NCBI GenBank assembly: GCA_963666055.2
Contig: CAXWPH010000006.1
Location: 64,001-128,000, forward strand
Direction of reading: 5' to 3'
DNA: 64,000 nt
From: Acidobacteriota bacterium
Lineage (GTDB): Bacteria > Acidobacteriota > UBA890 > WLXD01
Below the pieces are notes generated by a model, which saw nothing but the letters and a program-made list of their open reading frames with translations, was not told the DNA's origin and made no database searches. The position numbers and the translations under genes are program-made. Shown in pieces: positions 9,930-20,485 of the stretch. The first letter of the stretch is position 1. Every line of letters starts with the position of its first letter.

Positions 9930-12900
9930 CTGACTCAGCGCCGCCGACTCGCCGCCGGGATCGCTATCGCCGCGGTTGCGGTCATCGGCTGCCGCAATAC
10001 CGCTCGCACAGGCTCTTCGCTCGACCCCGACCAGCCCATCGCAATTACGTTTCTGAGCGACTCCGCCGAGCCGACGATGCCCGAGGAGGAGCGGGCGGCG
10101 CTAGAGTGGCTACAGGCTCAACCGGGGTTCGCGACGAAGTTCGTGCAGCTGTCCGACCTCGACACCGCGCGGCCTGACCCGAACAGCGTGCTCTGGTGGC
10201 ACCATGCCGCCTCGGCCGCACTGCCGACAAGCGCTATGCGGCAACCGGCAATCGCCGCCGTGCGCGCCCATCTTCGCGGCGGCGGCGCGCTGATGTTGTC
10301 GCTCTTCGCGGCCACTTGGGTCGTACCTCTGGAACTTGAAACCCGACCTCCGGACGATGTGGGCCTGCGACTGGGAACCGATTGGGCCCGCTGGACGCCC
10401 GACGACGAACGTCTCCTGACCGGGCTTCAGAGCTACCGTGGACACCCGTTGCTGCGCCGCTTCTGGGGCGGCGTCTATACGGGCACACTGCACCGCGACA
10501 AGCGCTATGCGTCAGTACGCTGGAGCGGCGACAACTGGCCACTAGACGGCGCCGTGGTGGCGGTCGGGAAGCGCTACATCAGTATCGACGCAGACCACCG
10601 CGTGATCGTCGAGTATGCGCCGGGCGATGGCCGCGCCGGACCCGTTCTGGTAATCGGCGAAGGTCTCTACTTCGCCGATCAGGACAACCGCAACCGCATG
10701 CAGCTGGAGCTGTTTACCCGCGACGCGCTCGCCTACATCAGTGGAGATCAACCACCGGCGCCGCCCGGGGCTACGGTTGCCTCTACCGGAGCGGTGGCCC
10801 TGCCGGCCGTACGGACGATGGCCGCTGGCGACAGCAATGCCCCGCCACCTCCACCGGGTGGGGCCGATCTGCCGCCCGTTTCGCCTGAGCCCTCCGCCGA
10901 GGAGTTGCCGGGAGTGCTCGGGGCAACCACGTATTGGATGCCTCTCCAGGCCGGCACGCGCTGGTTCGAGGCAAGCTCCGAGGAGTCTGCCACCGAGCTA
11001 CGCGCGGATGTAGTCGAGGCGGTCTCCGCCGCCCGATCGGGCCTCGCTCTCGAGCAGGAGGTAACCGACAACGCGCCGTTCGATCTATACAGTCCACGGA
11101 CGCTCGTGGTCGGCACCCGGAACGGGCGCGTCGATGAGCTATGGGGATATCCGCTCCGTATGTTGCGCGACCTGCGATTTGGCTTCAGTCGCGATGTCGC
11201 TCGACGAGATACGGCTCAGATCAGATGGCTGGACACCGCAGCGGAGAGCATCACCTACACCATCCGGCCGGAGGGCGCGTCGTTCCGATACACGCTCGAC
11301 GATCTGACGATCGTTGTCCACCTGGCTGTGCCGCGCGATCGACCCGGGCTGGTGGCGCTATTGGAAGTCGAAAGCGACACCCCCGTGGTCATACACGCAC
11401 GCTGGCGAAGCGATCATGCTTCGATGTGGCCGCGAGAGCCGCGACACCTCGGCCCAATCGAGCTGGGCTGGGATGCCGGCGTAGCGGCGGTAGTGTGGCG
11501 CGATCCGACGGCGACGTTCACCGCCTATGCCGGATTCAGCGCGCCAGCGTCAAGCGCCACGATCGGCGGCCGGCAGCTCGACGTCAGCGCCGCAGAGCCG
11601 GTCGGCGAAGCGACCGCAGCGCCGCCGTCGCAGGGGGAATCTGCCAACCTGTTGGAAAATGCACGCGTGTCGCTCCAGGTCATACACGATCCGACCCTCG
11701 AGCCCGCCGTGGCGTTTGTGGTGGCCAGTGCCTTCGATGACCGCACCGCGCGCGACTCGTACCTCGAGTTGCTCGGCGATCCGGCCGCCACCTGGACGGC
11801 GAACGCCAACCATTACCGGCAATTCCTGGCCGAGTCGCTGTCGATCGCGTCTCCCGATCCGACGTTCAACGAGGCTTTTCGATGGGCCACGGTCGGCCTG
11901 GATGCGTTCCGCGTCACGACGCCGGGAATGGGGACTGGGCTGGTCGCCGGGTACGCCGCCAGCGCCGATTCAGGCGCCGCTGCGTGGCACCGCGACAACG
12001 ATTTCCTGCGCCGGCCCGGCTACGCTTGGTACTTCGGCCGCGATGCAGTTTGGACGACCTTTGCTGCCGACGCGTACGGCGGCACCGACCTCACCGCCGA
12101 GGCCCTCCGCTTCTTGGCCAGGTACCAGGACGTCGACGGGAAGATCGCCCATGAGATATCACCCGGATGGGCGATCCATTATGACGCCGCCGACTCCACG
12201 CCGCTATTTCTCCTCGGCCTTGACCACCATATTCGGGCCACGGGCAACCGAGACTTGTTGCGCCAGCTGTGGCCGAGCGTCCGGCGCGCGATGCGCTTCC
12301 TCGAGAGCACCGATACCGACGGCGATGGCCTAATCGAAAACACCGGCGTCGGACATGGATGGATCGAGGGAGGAGAGATCTACGGAGCTCACACTACCTT
12401 CTACCTTGCGGGCCTCTGGGTAGCCACCCTGCAAGCGGTCGAGCGCATGGCCGTGTGGATGGTCGATGACGAGCTCACGGCGCTATCGCAACAGCGGCGC
12501 GCCAGCGCCGAGGCGACCCTAGAAGAGGGATTCTGGGATCCCCAGGCGCGCACCTATTATTACGGGCGGCGGGTCGACGGCACCTACCAGTCGGCTCCGA
12601 CCATCCTGCCGGCGGTCCCGATGTACTTCGGATTGCTCGATGGAGCCAAGGTGCAGCCGCTGTTGGAGCGATTCGCAAGCTCCGAGATCACCAGCGATTG
12701 GGGCGCCCGGCTGATAGAGCGGTCGAGTCCGGCGTACGATCCCAACGGGTACCACCAGGGCATGGTTTGGCCGCTGTTCTCCGGCTGGACATCGCTGGCC
12801 GCATACGCCCATGGACGCCCTCTGGCCGGGTACCTCAACCTGAACCAGAACTTGCGACTCGTGCGTCAGGGCAATCTCGGGCACATCCCCGAGGCGCTGC

Positions 12901-13643
12901 ACGGGGAAACCTACGAACTGGCCGGCGAAACTACTCATCAGGCGGCGTCGCACGCCATGGCCGTCCTCCCGGCCGTAGAGGGCATGCTCGGCATTCGGCC
13001 CGACGCACCGCAGGGGCGGCTCAGGATCTACCCGCACCTACCCGGTGGATGGACCGAGACCACGGTGCAGCCCGTAAGGGTCGGCGCGGAGTCATTTCGA
13101 GTCACGATCTTCCGCGCGCCGGAATCGAGCGGCTTCACCATCGACCGCCTGGCCGGCAGCGACCCGGTGCAACTCGAGCTTGCATTGCCCTTCCCGCGCG
13201 ACGTGCTCGTCAACCTTGATCCCGACAACACCACAGGTGTCGCCATCGCCGGAGGCCTTTCGGTAATCGACCACCCGCGGGAAAAGGAAGCTCGGGTTAC
13301 CGTCACCCTGACCGAGCCGCAGGCCACTGTGGTCTTCCGTCACAGCCCGTATCCCGAGGTGGTGCAACCAATCCCGGCGCCGGAGCCAGCTGCTACCAGC
13401 ACGGCGCTGCGAGTGCTCGAGTCGGTGCTCGTCGGCGGAGCGCTGCAGCTGCGCCTCGAGGGCATCCCGGGGCAAAGCTACCGATTGGAGATCGCAACGC
13501 CTTGGCCGGTGCGTTCCGTCGAGGGCATCGCCACCACCAACGTCATCGTCGGCGGTCCCGGGCGTGCGGTACTGGAGCTCATGCTTCCGGGAACCACCGA
13601 AAGCTATCAACGGGCCTCCATTACGGTGTACTTCACGCCGTAG
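9930..13643 (+). CDS. large lipoprotein with amylo-alpha-1,6-glucosidase/debranching-like (alpha/alpha)6 glycoside hydrolase domain
   Basis: GYAWYFGRDAVW, YDAADSTPLF, DTDGDGLIEN, YHQGMVWP, HIPEALHG. In-frame extension to CTG 9930 adds a lipoprotein signal (RRRLAAGIAIAAVAVIG-C). Confidence 0.8.
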   Translation: MTQRRRLAAGIAIAAVAVIGCRNTARTGSSLDPDQPIAITFLSDSAEPTMPEEERAALEWLQAQPGFATKFVQLSDLDTARPDPNSVLWWHHAASAALPTSAMRQPAIAAVRAHLRGGGALMLSLFAATWVVPLELETRPPDDVGLRLGTDWARWTPDDERLLTGLQSYRGHPLLRRFWGGVYTGTLHRDKRYASVRWSGDNWPLDGAVVAVGKRYISIDADHRVIVEYAPGDGRAGPVLVIGEGLYFADQDNRNRMQLELFTRDALAYISGDQPPAPPGATVASTGAVALPAVRTMAAGDSNAPPPPPGGADLPPVSPEPSAEELPGVLGATTYWMPLQAGTRWFEASSEESATELRADVVEAVSAARSGLALEQEVTDNAPFDLYSPRTLVVGTRNGRVDELWGYPLRMLRDLRFGFSRDVARRDTAQIRWLDTAAESITYTIRPEGASFRYTLDDLTIVVHLAVPRDRPGLVALLEVESDTPVVIHARWRSDHASMWPREPRHLGPIELGWDAGVAAVVWRDPTATFTAYAGFSAPASSATIGGRQLDVSAAEPVGEATAAPPSQGESANLLENARVSLQVIHDPTLEPAVAFVVASAFDDRTARDSYLELLGDPAATWTANANHYRQFLAESLSIASPDPTFNEAFRWATVGLDAFRVTTPGMGTGLVAGYAASADSGAAAWHRDNDFLRRPGYAWYFGRDAVWTTFAADAYGGTDLTAEALRFLARYQDVDGKIAHEISPGWAIHYDAADSTPLFLLGLDHHIRATGNRDLLRQLWPSVRRAMRFLESTDTDGDGLIENTGVGHGWIEGGEIYGAHTTFYLAGLWVATLQAVERMAVWMVDDELTALSQQRRASAEATLEEGFWDPQARTYYYGRRVDGTYQSAPTILPAVPMYFGLLDGAKVQPLLERFASSEITSDWGARLIERSSPAYDPNGYHQGMVWPLFSGWTSLAAYAHGRPLAGYLNLNQNLRLVRQGNLGHIPEALHGETYELAGETTHQAASHAMAVLPAVEGMLGIRPDAPQGRLRIYPHLPGGWTETTVQPVRVGAESFRVTIFRAPESSGFTIDRLAGSDPVQLELALPFPRDVLVNLDPDNTTGVAIAGGLSVIDHPREKEARVTVTLTEPQATVVFRHSPYPEVVQPIPAPEPAATSTALRVLESVLVGGALQLRLEGIPGQSYRLEIATPWPVRSVEGIATTNVIVGGPGRAVLELMLPGTTESYQRASITVYFTP

Positions 13644-13656
13644 GCGTAGGATCTGA

Positions 13657-13731
13657 GCCTGGCAGGCCGCCTTGCATCTGACCCCGACTCGCCGTAACCA
13701 GGCCCGCCACACTTTCACCACGGCCTGCTAG
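13657..13731 (-). mobile_element. solo left arm of family-A element
   Basis: Reverse complement matches 26141-26217 with about 4 C/T changes and a small indel near the end; its CTAG holds the stop of 13728..14942. Confidence 0.85.
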
Positions 13732-14942
13732 CCTCCCTCGGCAATTCTGATGCTGCCGCTCCCGGTATCGATGACCACGCGGGCGATCGGATCGTCGCCG
13801 ACACGGCCTACGAGGAGGTTGCGCTCGTCGCGTTCCAGGACCAGCGCGGGCAGGTCGACGTCGATGCCGCCGCTGCCGGTGCTCAACTTGAGGCTCATCG
13901 CCGGATAGGCTCGCAGGCGCATCTCGACGCGACCGCTGGAGGTGTTGATCTCGATGTTCCTAGCACGCGAAACATCGCCGTTGAACCGCACGCTACCGCT
14001 ACCGGTATCAACCAGGATGCGCTCCCCGGAAACGACTCCGTCGGCGCGAACCGACCCCGATCCCGTGCGTATGGAGATCGAACCGCTGACCTGATCGAGC
14101 GTCACACGGCCGGAGCCAGTATCCACCTCGACCACTTCGGCGGTTACGCCCGTCAGTCGGACAGCGCCGGAACCGGTATCAGCCACGACGTCTCCCACGA
14201 CCTCGCTCATTTCGACGCGACCTGAGCCAGTATCAGCCACCACCTCACCGCGATGCCCGTCGACCGTAATACTGCCGCTGCCCGTATCGAGCACTAGCGA
14301 GCCCTCCCCGTTCCGCGACTTGATGCTGCCAAGATGGGCCTCGAGACGGATCTCGCCGCTCACCGACGCCGACTGAATCTCGCCGACCGCGTTGAGCACC
14401 TGGAGTCGCGTACCGCTCGGCACGCGCACATGGAAGTCCGCCCAGACAGAGGCCGACCGTCCTGCACGACGGGTCGAGACCCTCACCCGACGGCCCATGT
14501 ACTCCAGCCGGGCGCTGCTCGTGTCGAACATGCCAAAGAACGAATGCGACTCACTGTCGCCCGGGTAATAGAACTCCGAGTAGTCGTCCACAGGGTAGGT
14601 GGCGCGCAGGACTCGCGTGCTGCCATCTTCTTCGAGCGCCAGTTGGATACGTTCCGCGAGCAAGTTCGCCTCGTCCTGTTCGTGCCCCCCTGCATGCACC
14701 AGGACCTCGATCTCCACGCTCGTACCGTCGGTTGGCTCAACCAAGAAGTCGCCGGCGAGGTTCTCGATCCGTAAAGTGGTCCCCGCGGCGACTTCTAGGC
14801 TGCGCTCGAGACGGCGTTCGGCCTCGAACGGCAACGGCGGCGCGGAGGAGACGGTCACAGCGCAGGCGGGCAGTGCCAGGACGGTGGCCAACGCCAGGAT
14901 CTGGCGCCGCGATGAGATCTGGTTGGCAAGCTTGCTGGTCAT
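13728..14942 (-). CDS. DUF4097-type beta-strand repeat (putative adhesin/envelope-stress) lipoprotein
   Basis: Many DTGSG/TGSG repeats; LPAC lipobox; GGAGG RBS before ATG 14942. Confidence 0.85.
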   Translation of the reverse strand: MTSKLANQISSRRQILALATVLALPACAVTVSSAPPLPFEAERRLERSLEVAAGTTLRIENLAGDFLVEPTDGTSVEIEVLVHAGGHEQDEANLLAERIQLALEEDGSTRVLRATYPVDDYSEFYYPGDSESHSFFGMFDTSSARLEYMGRRVRVSTRRAGRSASVWADFHVRVPSGTRLQVLNAVGEIQSASVSGEIRLEAHLGSIKSRNGEGSLVLDTGSGSITVDGHRGEVVADTGSGRVEMSEVVGDVVADTGSGAVRLTGVTAEVVEVDTGSGRVTLDQVSGSISIRTGSGSVRADGVVSGERILVDTGSGSVRFNGDVSRARNIEINTSSGRVEMRLRAYPAMSLKLSTGSGGIDVDLPALVLERDERNLLVGRVGDDPIARVVIDTGSGSIRIAEGG

Positions 14943-15006
14943 ACCGCCTCCGAAAGTTCCGTTGAGCGAATCGACCTCGCAGATCGATCCGCTGTTCTGT
15001 GTAGGA

Positions 15007-15033
15007 TACGGACCGTTTCGCTCCGCGGTTTCA
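15007..15033 (-). promoter_or_regulatory. putative ECF-sigma (SigW-like) promoter
   Basis: Minus strand TGAAAC-N17-CGTA, about 65 bp upstream of the DUF4097 gene. Confidence 0.6.
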
Positions 15034-15071
15034 CAGGTCGGCGCGGACACGCCGAAAGTCGACACCCGGAA

Positions 15072-16013
15072 TCACCGGTCAGCCAGCGAGGCAATCATGG
15101 CCGGTAACGATGCGATCGCCTCGGTACCCGACAGCAGGCAGGCCGCCGACGCCGCACTGACCGCGGCTCGCGCTGCCGTCACAGCATCAGCGCCGCCGAC
15201 ACGCGCCACGACGAACGCCGCACCGAAGGTATCCCCCGCACCAGTCGGATCGAGCGCCTCCACGTCCGGCGCCGCAACCCGAACATCCGGTGCTCCACAC
15301 TCGAAGACTTCCGCTCCAGCAGCCCCACGAGTGATCACGACAGTGCGAGGTCCGACCTGCTGATCCAGCGTCGTGCACACGAAGCGCTCCACCGGGTCCG
15401 AGCACCGTTCACCCAACGCCGCCCGGCCGGCCAGCACCGTCGCCTCCTGCTCGTTGCACTGGAGCGTATGGGCAACCTCGATCCAGCGGCGCCAGTCGGC
15501 GGGTCGCTCCGGGTATCGGAGGCCGCCGGAAGCACGGCCGAGCACTAGGCTATGTACATCCAGGTGAACCGGAATCCTTGACGCCGTGAGCCGCGCCAGC
15601 GCCTCGGGGGTGAGCACTGCTCCGGTCACGCAGTTGAGCAGAATTGCGTCGGCGGTGAGCGCCAGGTCGATCTCATGTGAATCAAGTGGTGGGGTCGGAC
15701 AAAGCAACCGTTCCTCGCGATCTCCGCCAATGCGGCCCCCATCTCGGTACTCGAGGTGCACCTGGCTGGGTGGTCCGCTCCAGGGAAGGAGTCCCGAGTC
15801 ATTGACGTTGCTGAAAGCGAACCACTCGCCATACAGGCGGTCGCGAAGGGCATGTGCGACGCGGCACACCGGCAGGATCTCGGCGTCCGGACCGGCTAGC
15901 GCAGCCATCGAGCTGACACTGTAGGCGAGGCCGCCGAGACTATGGACGATGGTGCCGTCGGGCCGCGCAATGTGATCGTCGACCACGACACCGACGACCG
16001 CGATCCTTGCCAT
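15072..16013 (-). CDS. PfkB/ribokinase-family carbohydrate kinase
   Basis: SLGGLAY, CNEQEA, VVITRGAAG, DPTGAGDTF. Confidence 0.9.
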   Translation of the reverse strand: MARIAVVGVVVDDHIARPDGTIVHSLGGLAYSVSSMAALAGPDAEILPVCRVAHALRDRLYGEWFAFSNVNDSGLLPWSGPPSQVHLEYRDGGRIGGDREERLLCPTPPLDSHEIDLALTADAILLNCVTGAVLTPEALARLTASRIPVHLDVHSLVLGRASGGLRYPERPADWRRWIEVAHTLQCNEQEATVLAGRAALGERCSDPVERFVCTTLDQQVGPRTVVITRGAAGAEVFECGAPDVRVAAPDVEALDPTGAGDTFGAAFVVARVGGADAVTAARAAVSAASAACLLSGTEAIASLPAMIASLADR

Positions 16014-16019
16014 CGACGA

Positions 16020-17456
16020 TCAGATTTCGCCTGTCGGCGACAACAACGTGAACGAGGCACCCACGACGAACGTGACCGTCGCACCGAGCGGCGCCAACCA
16101 AGTCCACGCCAGAGCTGTCTGTTGCTGAGCGAAGAGCGCAGCGCCCACACCAACCAGCAGGGCAATCGCTACGTGCGCTTCGCGGACGCGCCAGGAGGTG
16201 CCGGCGAGCAGGAACACGCCCAGAACACCGCCGAACGTGATCGACGTGATCGTCAATCCGGCCTCCAGCACCGACCCCCACGCGCGCGCCACCGCTGCCA
16301 CCGCGGCCAGCGCCAACGCGGCCCCGGCGGTATACAACCTTGCGGTGCGCAGCGCGCTCGCCTCGACGCGCCGGCCCTGGCCGCGGCGTGTGAAGTCCAG
16401 GGTCGCGACCGAGGCGACCGAGCTCATCGACGACGAAAGCGTCGACATCGCGGCAGCAAACACGGCGGCTATCACCAGCCCGCCCACCCCGGCCGGCATC
16501 TGCTCGGCAATGAAGCGCGGGAACACGTGATCGTTGGTGGTAAACGGCGTCGACGGCGCGTGGATCTCGTAGAACACGAATAGCAGAGAGCCGAGAACCA
16601 AGAAGAGCGCTAATTGGGCCAGCACGAGCACACCGGACGCCACCACGGCGCGGCGCGCCTGCCGAGCTGAGCCGCAGGCCAGCAGACGCTGCACGAACAT
16701 CTGGTCGGTGCCGTGCGTGGCCATCGTCAGCGTGGCACCTCCAATCAGGCCGGCCCAGAACACATAGGGCGTCGACCAACTCCATGCGAAGTCGAACACC
16801 CGTAGCTTGGCGAGTGGCTCGAGTACGGCGTGCGCGCCAGCCCAACCCCCGGGAATGCGCCACAGAAGAAGAACGAGTGCCAGCACCGCACCGCCAAGGT
16901 AGACAATCAACTGAACGGCGTCGTTCCAAATCACCGCCCGCAACCCGCCACGCAGCGTATAAACAAGCGTTACCCCCGACACACCGACAATCGCCAGCCA
17001 CACCGGCATTGGCAGCAGCGCCTGCAGCACCAGCGCCGTGGCGAACAGCCTGACACCGTCTGCAAGGCAACGAGAAATCAGGAAGAGCATCGAGGTCAGG
17101 CGCTGAACAAGGGCGCCAAAACGCTGGCCCAGGAACTCGTACGCCGTCTCGATACGGCCGGCAAAGTAGGCCGGCACCAGCAACCACGCCACCAGCACGC
17201 GTCCGAGGACATATCCCAAGGCGACCTGCAAGAACGTCAGATCACCGCCGTAGGCAATCGCCGGAACACCCACGAAGGTGAGCGTCGATGTCTCGGTACC
17301 GACAATCGACAGACAGGTGCTCCACCAGGGCATCCGACGACCGGCGAGGAAGTAGTCCTCGACGGTTTGCTGACCGCGCCCGACGCGCTCGCCCAGCCAG
17401 AGGGTCAGCGCGAAGTAGGCGACAACGACAAGCCAATTAGTCGCCAGCGGCGTCAT
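16020..17456 (-). CDS. sodium:solute symporter (SSS family)
   Basis: EDYFLAGRRMPWW, ETSTLTFVGVP, GGLRAVIWND, GTDQMFVQRLLAC, AAMSTLSS. Confidence 0.93.
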   Translation of the reverse strand: MTPLATNWLVVVAYFALTLWLGERVGRGQQTVEDYFLAGRRMPWWSTCLSIVGTETSTLTFVGVPAIAYGGDLTFLQVALGYVLGRVLVAWLLVPAYFAGRIETAYEFLGQRFGALVQRLTSMLFLISRCLADGVRLFATALVLQALLPMPVWLAIVGVSGVTLVYTLRGGLRAVIWNDAVQLIVYLGGAVLALVLLLWRIPGGWAGAHAVLEPLAKLRVFDFAWSWSTPYVFWAGLIGGATLTMATHGTDQMFVQRLLACGSARQARRAVVASGVLVLAQLALFLVLGSLLFVFYEIHAPSTPFTTNDHVFPRFIAEQMPAGVGGLVIAAVFAAAMSTLSSSMSSVASVATLDFTRRGQGRRVEASALRTARLYTAGAALALAAVAAVARAWGSVLEAGLTITSITFGGVLGVFLLAGTSWRVREAHVAIALLVGVGAALFAQQQTALAWTWLAPLGATVTFVVGASFTLLSPTGEI

Positions 17457-20400
17457 GAAGCCCGGTCGATCGCCCGCACTACCTCGCGATGAAACTCAAC
17501 CCGTGCCTCGATATGCTGCTGGTTCTCACGCGTCGGGTGCACGCGGTTGGTCAGCAAGATGACGAACAAACCGCGCCTCGGATCGATCCACATCGAGGTT
17601 CCGGTGAAACCAGTGTGGCCGTACGCGCTGGCATTGAACATCGACCAGCGCTGGCTGCGGCGCGCCGTATCCCACCCGAGGGCACGACTGCTGTCCGCGA
17701 CGATGTCCTGCGGCTTCCGCCAGCGATCGATGGTCGACCGCAACAGCACCCGATGATGATCGTAGCTGCCCAGGTTCAGCATCATCTGCGCGTAAGTCGC
17801 CAGATCCCGAGCGGTCGAAAACAGTCCGGCGTGGGGCGCCACGCCGCCCATCGCGTAGGCGTTCTCGTCGTGCACGGCGCCACGCACCATCGCACCACGC
17901 CACCCATCGTATTCGGTCGGGGGGATTCGTTGATGCTCGGAGGCCGGCGGATTCCACATCGTGTCGTACATCTCCAGCGGCTCGAAGAGCTCGCGCCGAG
18001 CATACTCCGCGAAAGGCTCGCCGAGCGCTCGGCTAAGAATCTCTCCGAGCAACACGATGCCGAGGTCGGAATAAGCGTACCGACTGCCCGCCGGTGCTTC
18101 CAACTCGGTCGCGTAGATCCTCTCGAGCACCGCGGCTCGTACCGCGGAACCCGCATCGCCAGGCGCGTAGTCGCGGAAGAACTCCACATACGCAGGCAAT
18201 CCAGAGGTGTGCGTCAAGAGGTGGCGAATCGTGACCGCCGATTTGTCGGCACCCTGAAACTCCGGCACCAGAGCTTGTACCGGATAGTCGAGCCGCAGCA
18301 TGCCGCGCTCGACGGCGCGCATTGCCACGGGTGTCGTCGCCACAACCTTGGTAACAGAGGCAAGGTCGAAGAGCGCATCGACGGGCATCGGCGGGGCGCC
18401 ATCGTCGTAACTCATCTTGCCTACGGCGCCTAGTCCGACCAGTCGGCGTCGATGCCCGACAGCGTAGACTGCGCCCGGGAACGCGCCGGCATCCACCCAG
18501 CGTTGCAGGGCCGCCGCAGCGGCCGTCAGGTCCACCGCATCGGCGCGGGGCGCGTCGCCGGCCGGCGCTCCGTAGACAACGTCTGCGGGCGGCGCAAGCT
18601 TGGCGTCGATGGCAACGCGTTGCTCGCCGTACCCGACAGGGTAGAGGCCGGGTACCGAGACCGGCAGCTTGCCGGTGACGGAAATCTCGCCGGTGACGGC
18701 GCGGGCCACCGCGCGTTGCAGCGGATCACTCCATCCGTAGACCGTCAAGATCGTCGAGGCCTGCGGAAACGCGGCAACAGCATAGGGGCTGCCGAGCGCT
18801 GCCACGATCGTCGGCACCTGCAGGTCGGCGAGCATCGCAGCGTACAGAGCCTGACGTCGCGGCAACCTGATGCGGCCGGTGCTCGTGCGTATGCGCACGC
18901 GAACCGCCAGGATCAACACTTTCGCCTTCGACGCGGCGGTAACGATCTCGGCGACCTCATCGCCCCGAGTTCGCCCATCGATCGACCGCGACGTGACGTT
19001 GGCTAACGGTACGCGCAAGGCGCTCACCAGTGCCGATATTGGCGCCGGCTGATCGTTGTCCGACACTCCGACCACCATGACGTTGTTCCAATCGCGGGCG
19101 TCCAAAGGCAGCAGCCCATTACGATCGCGCAGCAGTGTCACCGTGCGGTCCGAAACCTCCTGGGCGCGTTTCTGGTCGGAGGCCGGCGCGAAGTTCTCCG
19201 GAAGCGTCGCCAGCGGGGACGCGACGGTACCCTCGCGGAGCCCCAGTCGCATCTTGGCGCGCAACACGCCGCGTACAGCGTCATCAAGACGATCCCGGCT
19301 GAGATCCCCACCTTCGACAGCTCGGACGAGCGCCGCGTGGACGGCACGCGGGTTGGGCGGCAACAACACCACATCGGCGCCCGCCACCATCGCCTCGACG
19401 GCTGCCTGACCGGCCCACCAACGCCGCGAGATGCCACCCATCTCCATGGCGTCGGTAACCACCAGACCGCGAAAGCCGAGCTGCGTCCGTAGAAGATCCG
19501 TCAGCACCGCGTACGACAACGTCGCTGGCAAACTGCTGTCGGCAGTTAAGGCGGGCACCGCTATGTGCGCGGTCATGATGCTGGCCACCCCGGCATCGAT
19601 TGCGGCCCGGAAAGGGGCCAGCTCCACCGCTTGCAGCCGGCGGTTGTCGTGGTCCATCACAGGCAACGCGGTGTGCGAGTCGACCGCCGTGTCGCCGTGC
19701 CCGGGAAAGTGCTTGGCGGTTGCCAGGACCCCGCCTTGCTGCGCTCCACGTACGAACGCCGCCACCATACCGCTGACGTGATCTGGATCCTCACCGAAGG
19801 CACGCACGTTGATCACCGGGTTGCGCGGGTTGACGTTGACGTCAGCCACCGGTGCGAAGATCCAGTGCACCCCCAGCGCACGAGCATCGCGCCCACTAGC
19901 ACGTCCCATCCACTCGGCCGCGTCCGGATCGTAGGTGGCCCCGACCGCCATGGCAGTTGGAAACGGCACGGCACCGTCGATGCGAAAATTCGCTCCCCAC
20001 TCGAAGTCGGCGGCCACGATGAGTGGCAGATGGCCGGCGGCAGCTGCAGCTTCCTGCAGATCGTGTAGCAGTGCCGCCGCCTCGTAAGCTTGCGACCGGA
20101 AGAGGATCACACCTCCCAGAGCGAGATCCCTCACTAGCGACACCAGCTCGCGCCGGGCATTGTCATCGGCCGCGTAATACTCGCCGAAAGCCCGCACCAT
20201 GAGTACCTGGCCGACGCGGTCCTCGAGGCTCATGTGGGCGAGCGTGGCGTCGATCTCCGCTTCGGCGGCAGGCGAAAGCGGCACCCGAGGATCGATGGAT
20301 GGTGGCGCCGGACGCTGCAGCAGCGCGACCTCGACCACGACCGGACCCGCCGGCGCGGTGCCGCCGGCGCTCGCCAGGAGTATCAGCACGAAGGCGAGAC

Positions 20401-20470
20401 CACCTGCTAGGCCATGCATTAGTGAGCTAAGATGTGCATCCTGGAGCCGAATCATGGATTCCTGCGACAT
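17453..20470 (-). CDS. GH3 beta-N-acetylglucosaminidase (NagZ-like) fused to a serine beta-lactamase-like (AmiE-like) domain
   Basis: KHFPGHGDTAVDSH and VTDAM in GH3; ASVTK (SxxK), YSD and GHTGFTG in the C-terminal domain. Exact start uncertain. Confidence 0.92.
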   Translation of the reverse strand: MSQESMIRLQDAHLSSLMHGLAGGLAFVLILLASAGGTAPAGPVVVEVALLQRPAPPSIDPRVPLSPAAEAEIDATLAHMSLEDRVGQVLMVRAFGEYYAADDNARRELVSLVRDLALGGVILFRSQAYEAAALLHDLQEAAAAAGHLPLIVAADFEWGANFRIDGAVPFPTAMAVGATYDPDAAEWMGRASGRDARALGVHWIFAPVADVNVNPRNPVINVRAFGEDPDHVSGMVAAFVRGAQQGGVLATAKHFPGHGDTAVDSHTALPVMDHDNRRLQAVELAPFRAAIDAGVASIMTAHIAVPALTADSSLPATLSYAVLTDLLRTQLGFRGLVVTDAMEMGGISRRWWAGQAAVEAMVAGADVVLLPPNPRAVHAALVRAVEGGDLSRDRLDDAVRGVLRAKMRLGLREGTVASPLATLPENFAPASDQKRAQEVSDRTVTLLRDRNGLLPLDARDWNNVMVVGVSDNDQPAPISALVSALRVPLANVTSRSIDGRTRGDEVAEIVTAASKAKVLILAVRVRIRTSTGRIRLPRRQALYAAMLADLQVPTIVAALGSPYAVAAFPQASTILTVYGWSDPLQRAVARAVTGEISVTGKLPVSVPGLYPVGYGEQRVAIDAKLAPPADVVYGAPAGDAPRADAVDLTAAAAALQRWVDAGAFPGAVYAVGHRRRLVGLGAVGKMSYDDGAPPMPVDALFDLASVTKVVATTPVAMRAVERGMLRLDYPVQALVPEFQGADKSAVTIRHLLTHTSGLPAYVEFFRDYAPGDAGSAVRAAVLERIYATELEAPAGSRYAYSDLGIVLLGEILSRALGEPFAEYARRELFEPLEMYDTMWNPPASEHQRIPPTEYDGWRGAMVRGAVHDENAYAMGGVAPHAGLFSTARDLATYAQMMLNLGSYDHHRVLLRSTIDRWRKPQDIVADSSRALGWDTARRSQRWSMFNASAYGHTGFTGTSMWIDPRRGLFVILLTNRVHPTRENQQHIEARVEFHREVVRAIDRAS

Positions 20471-20485
20471 GGCAGCAGCGTTGAC

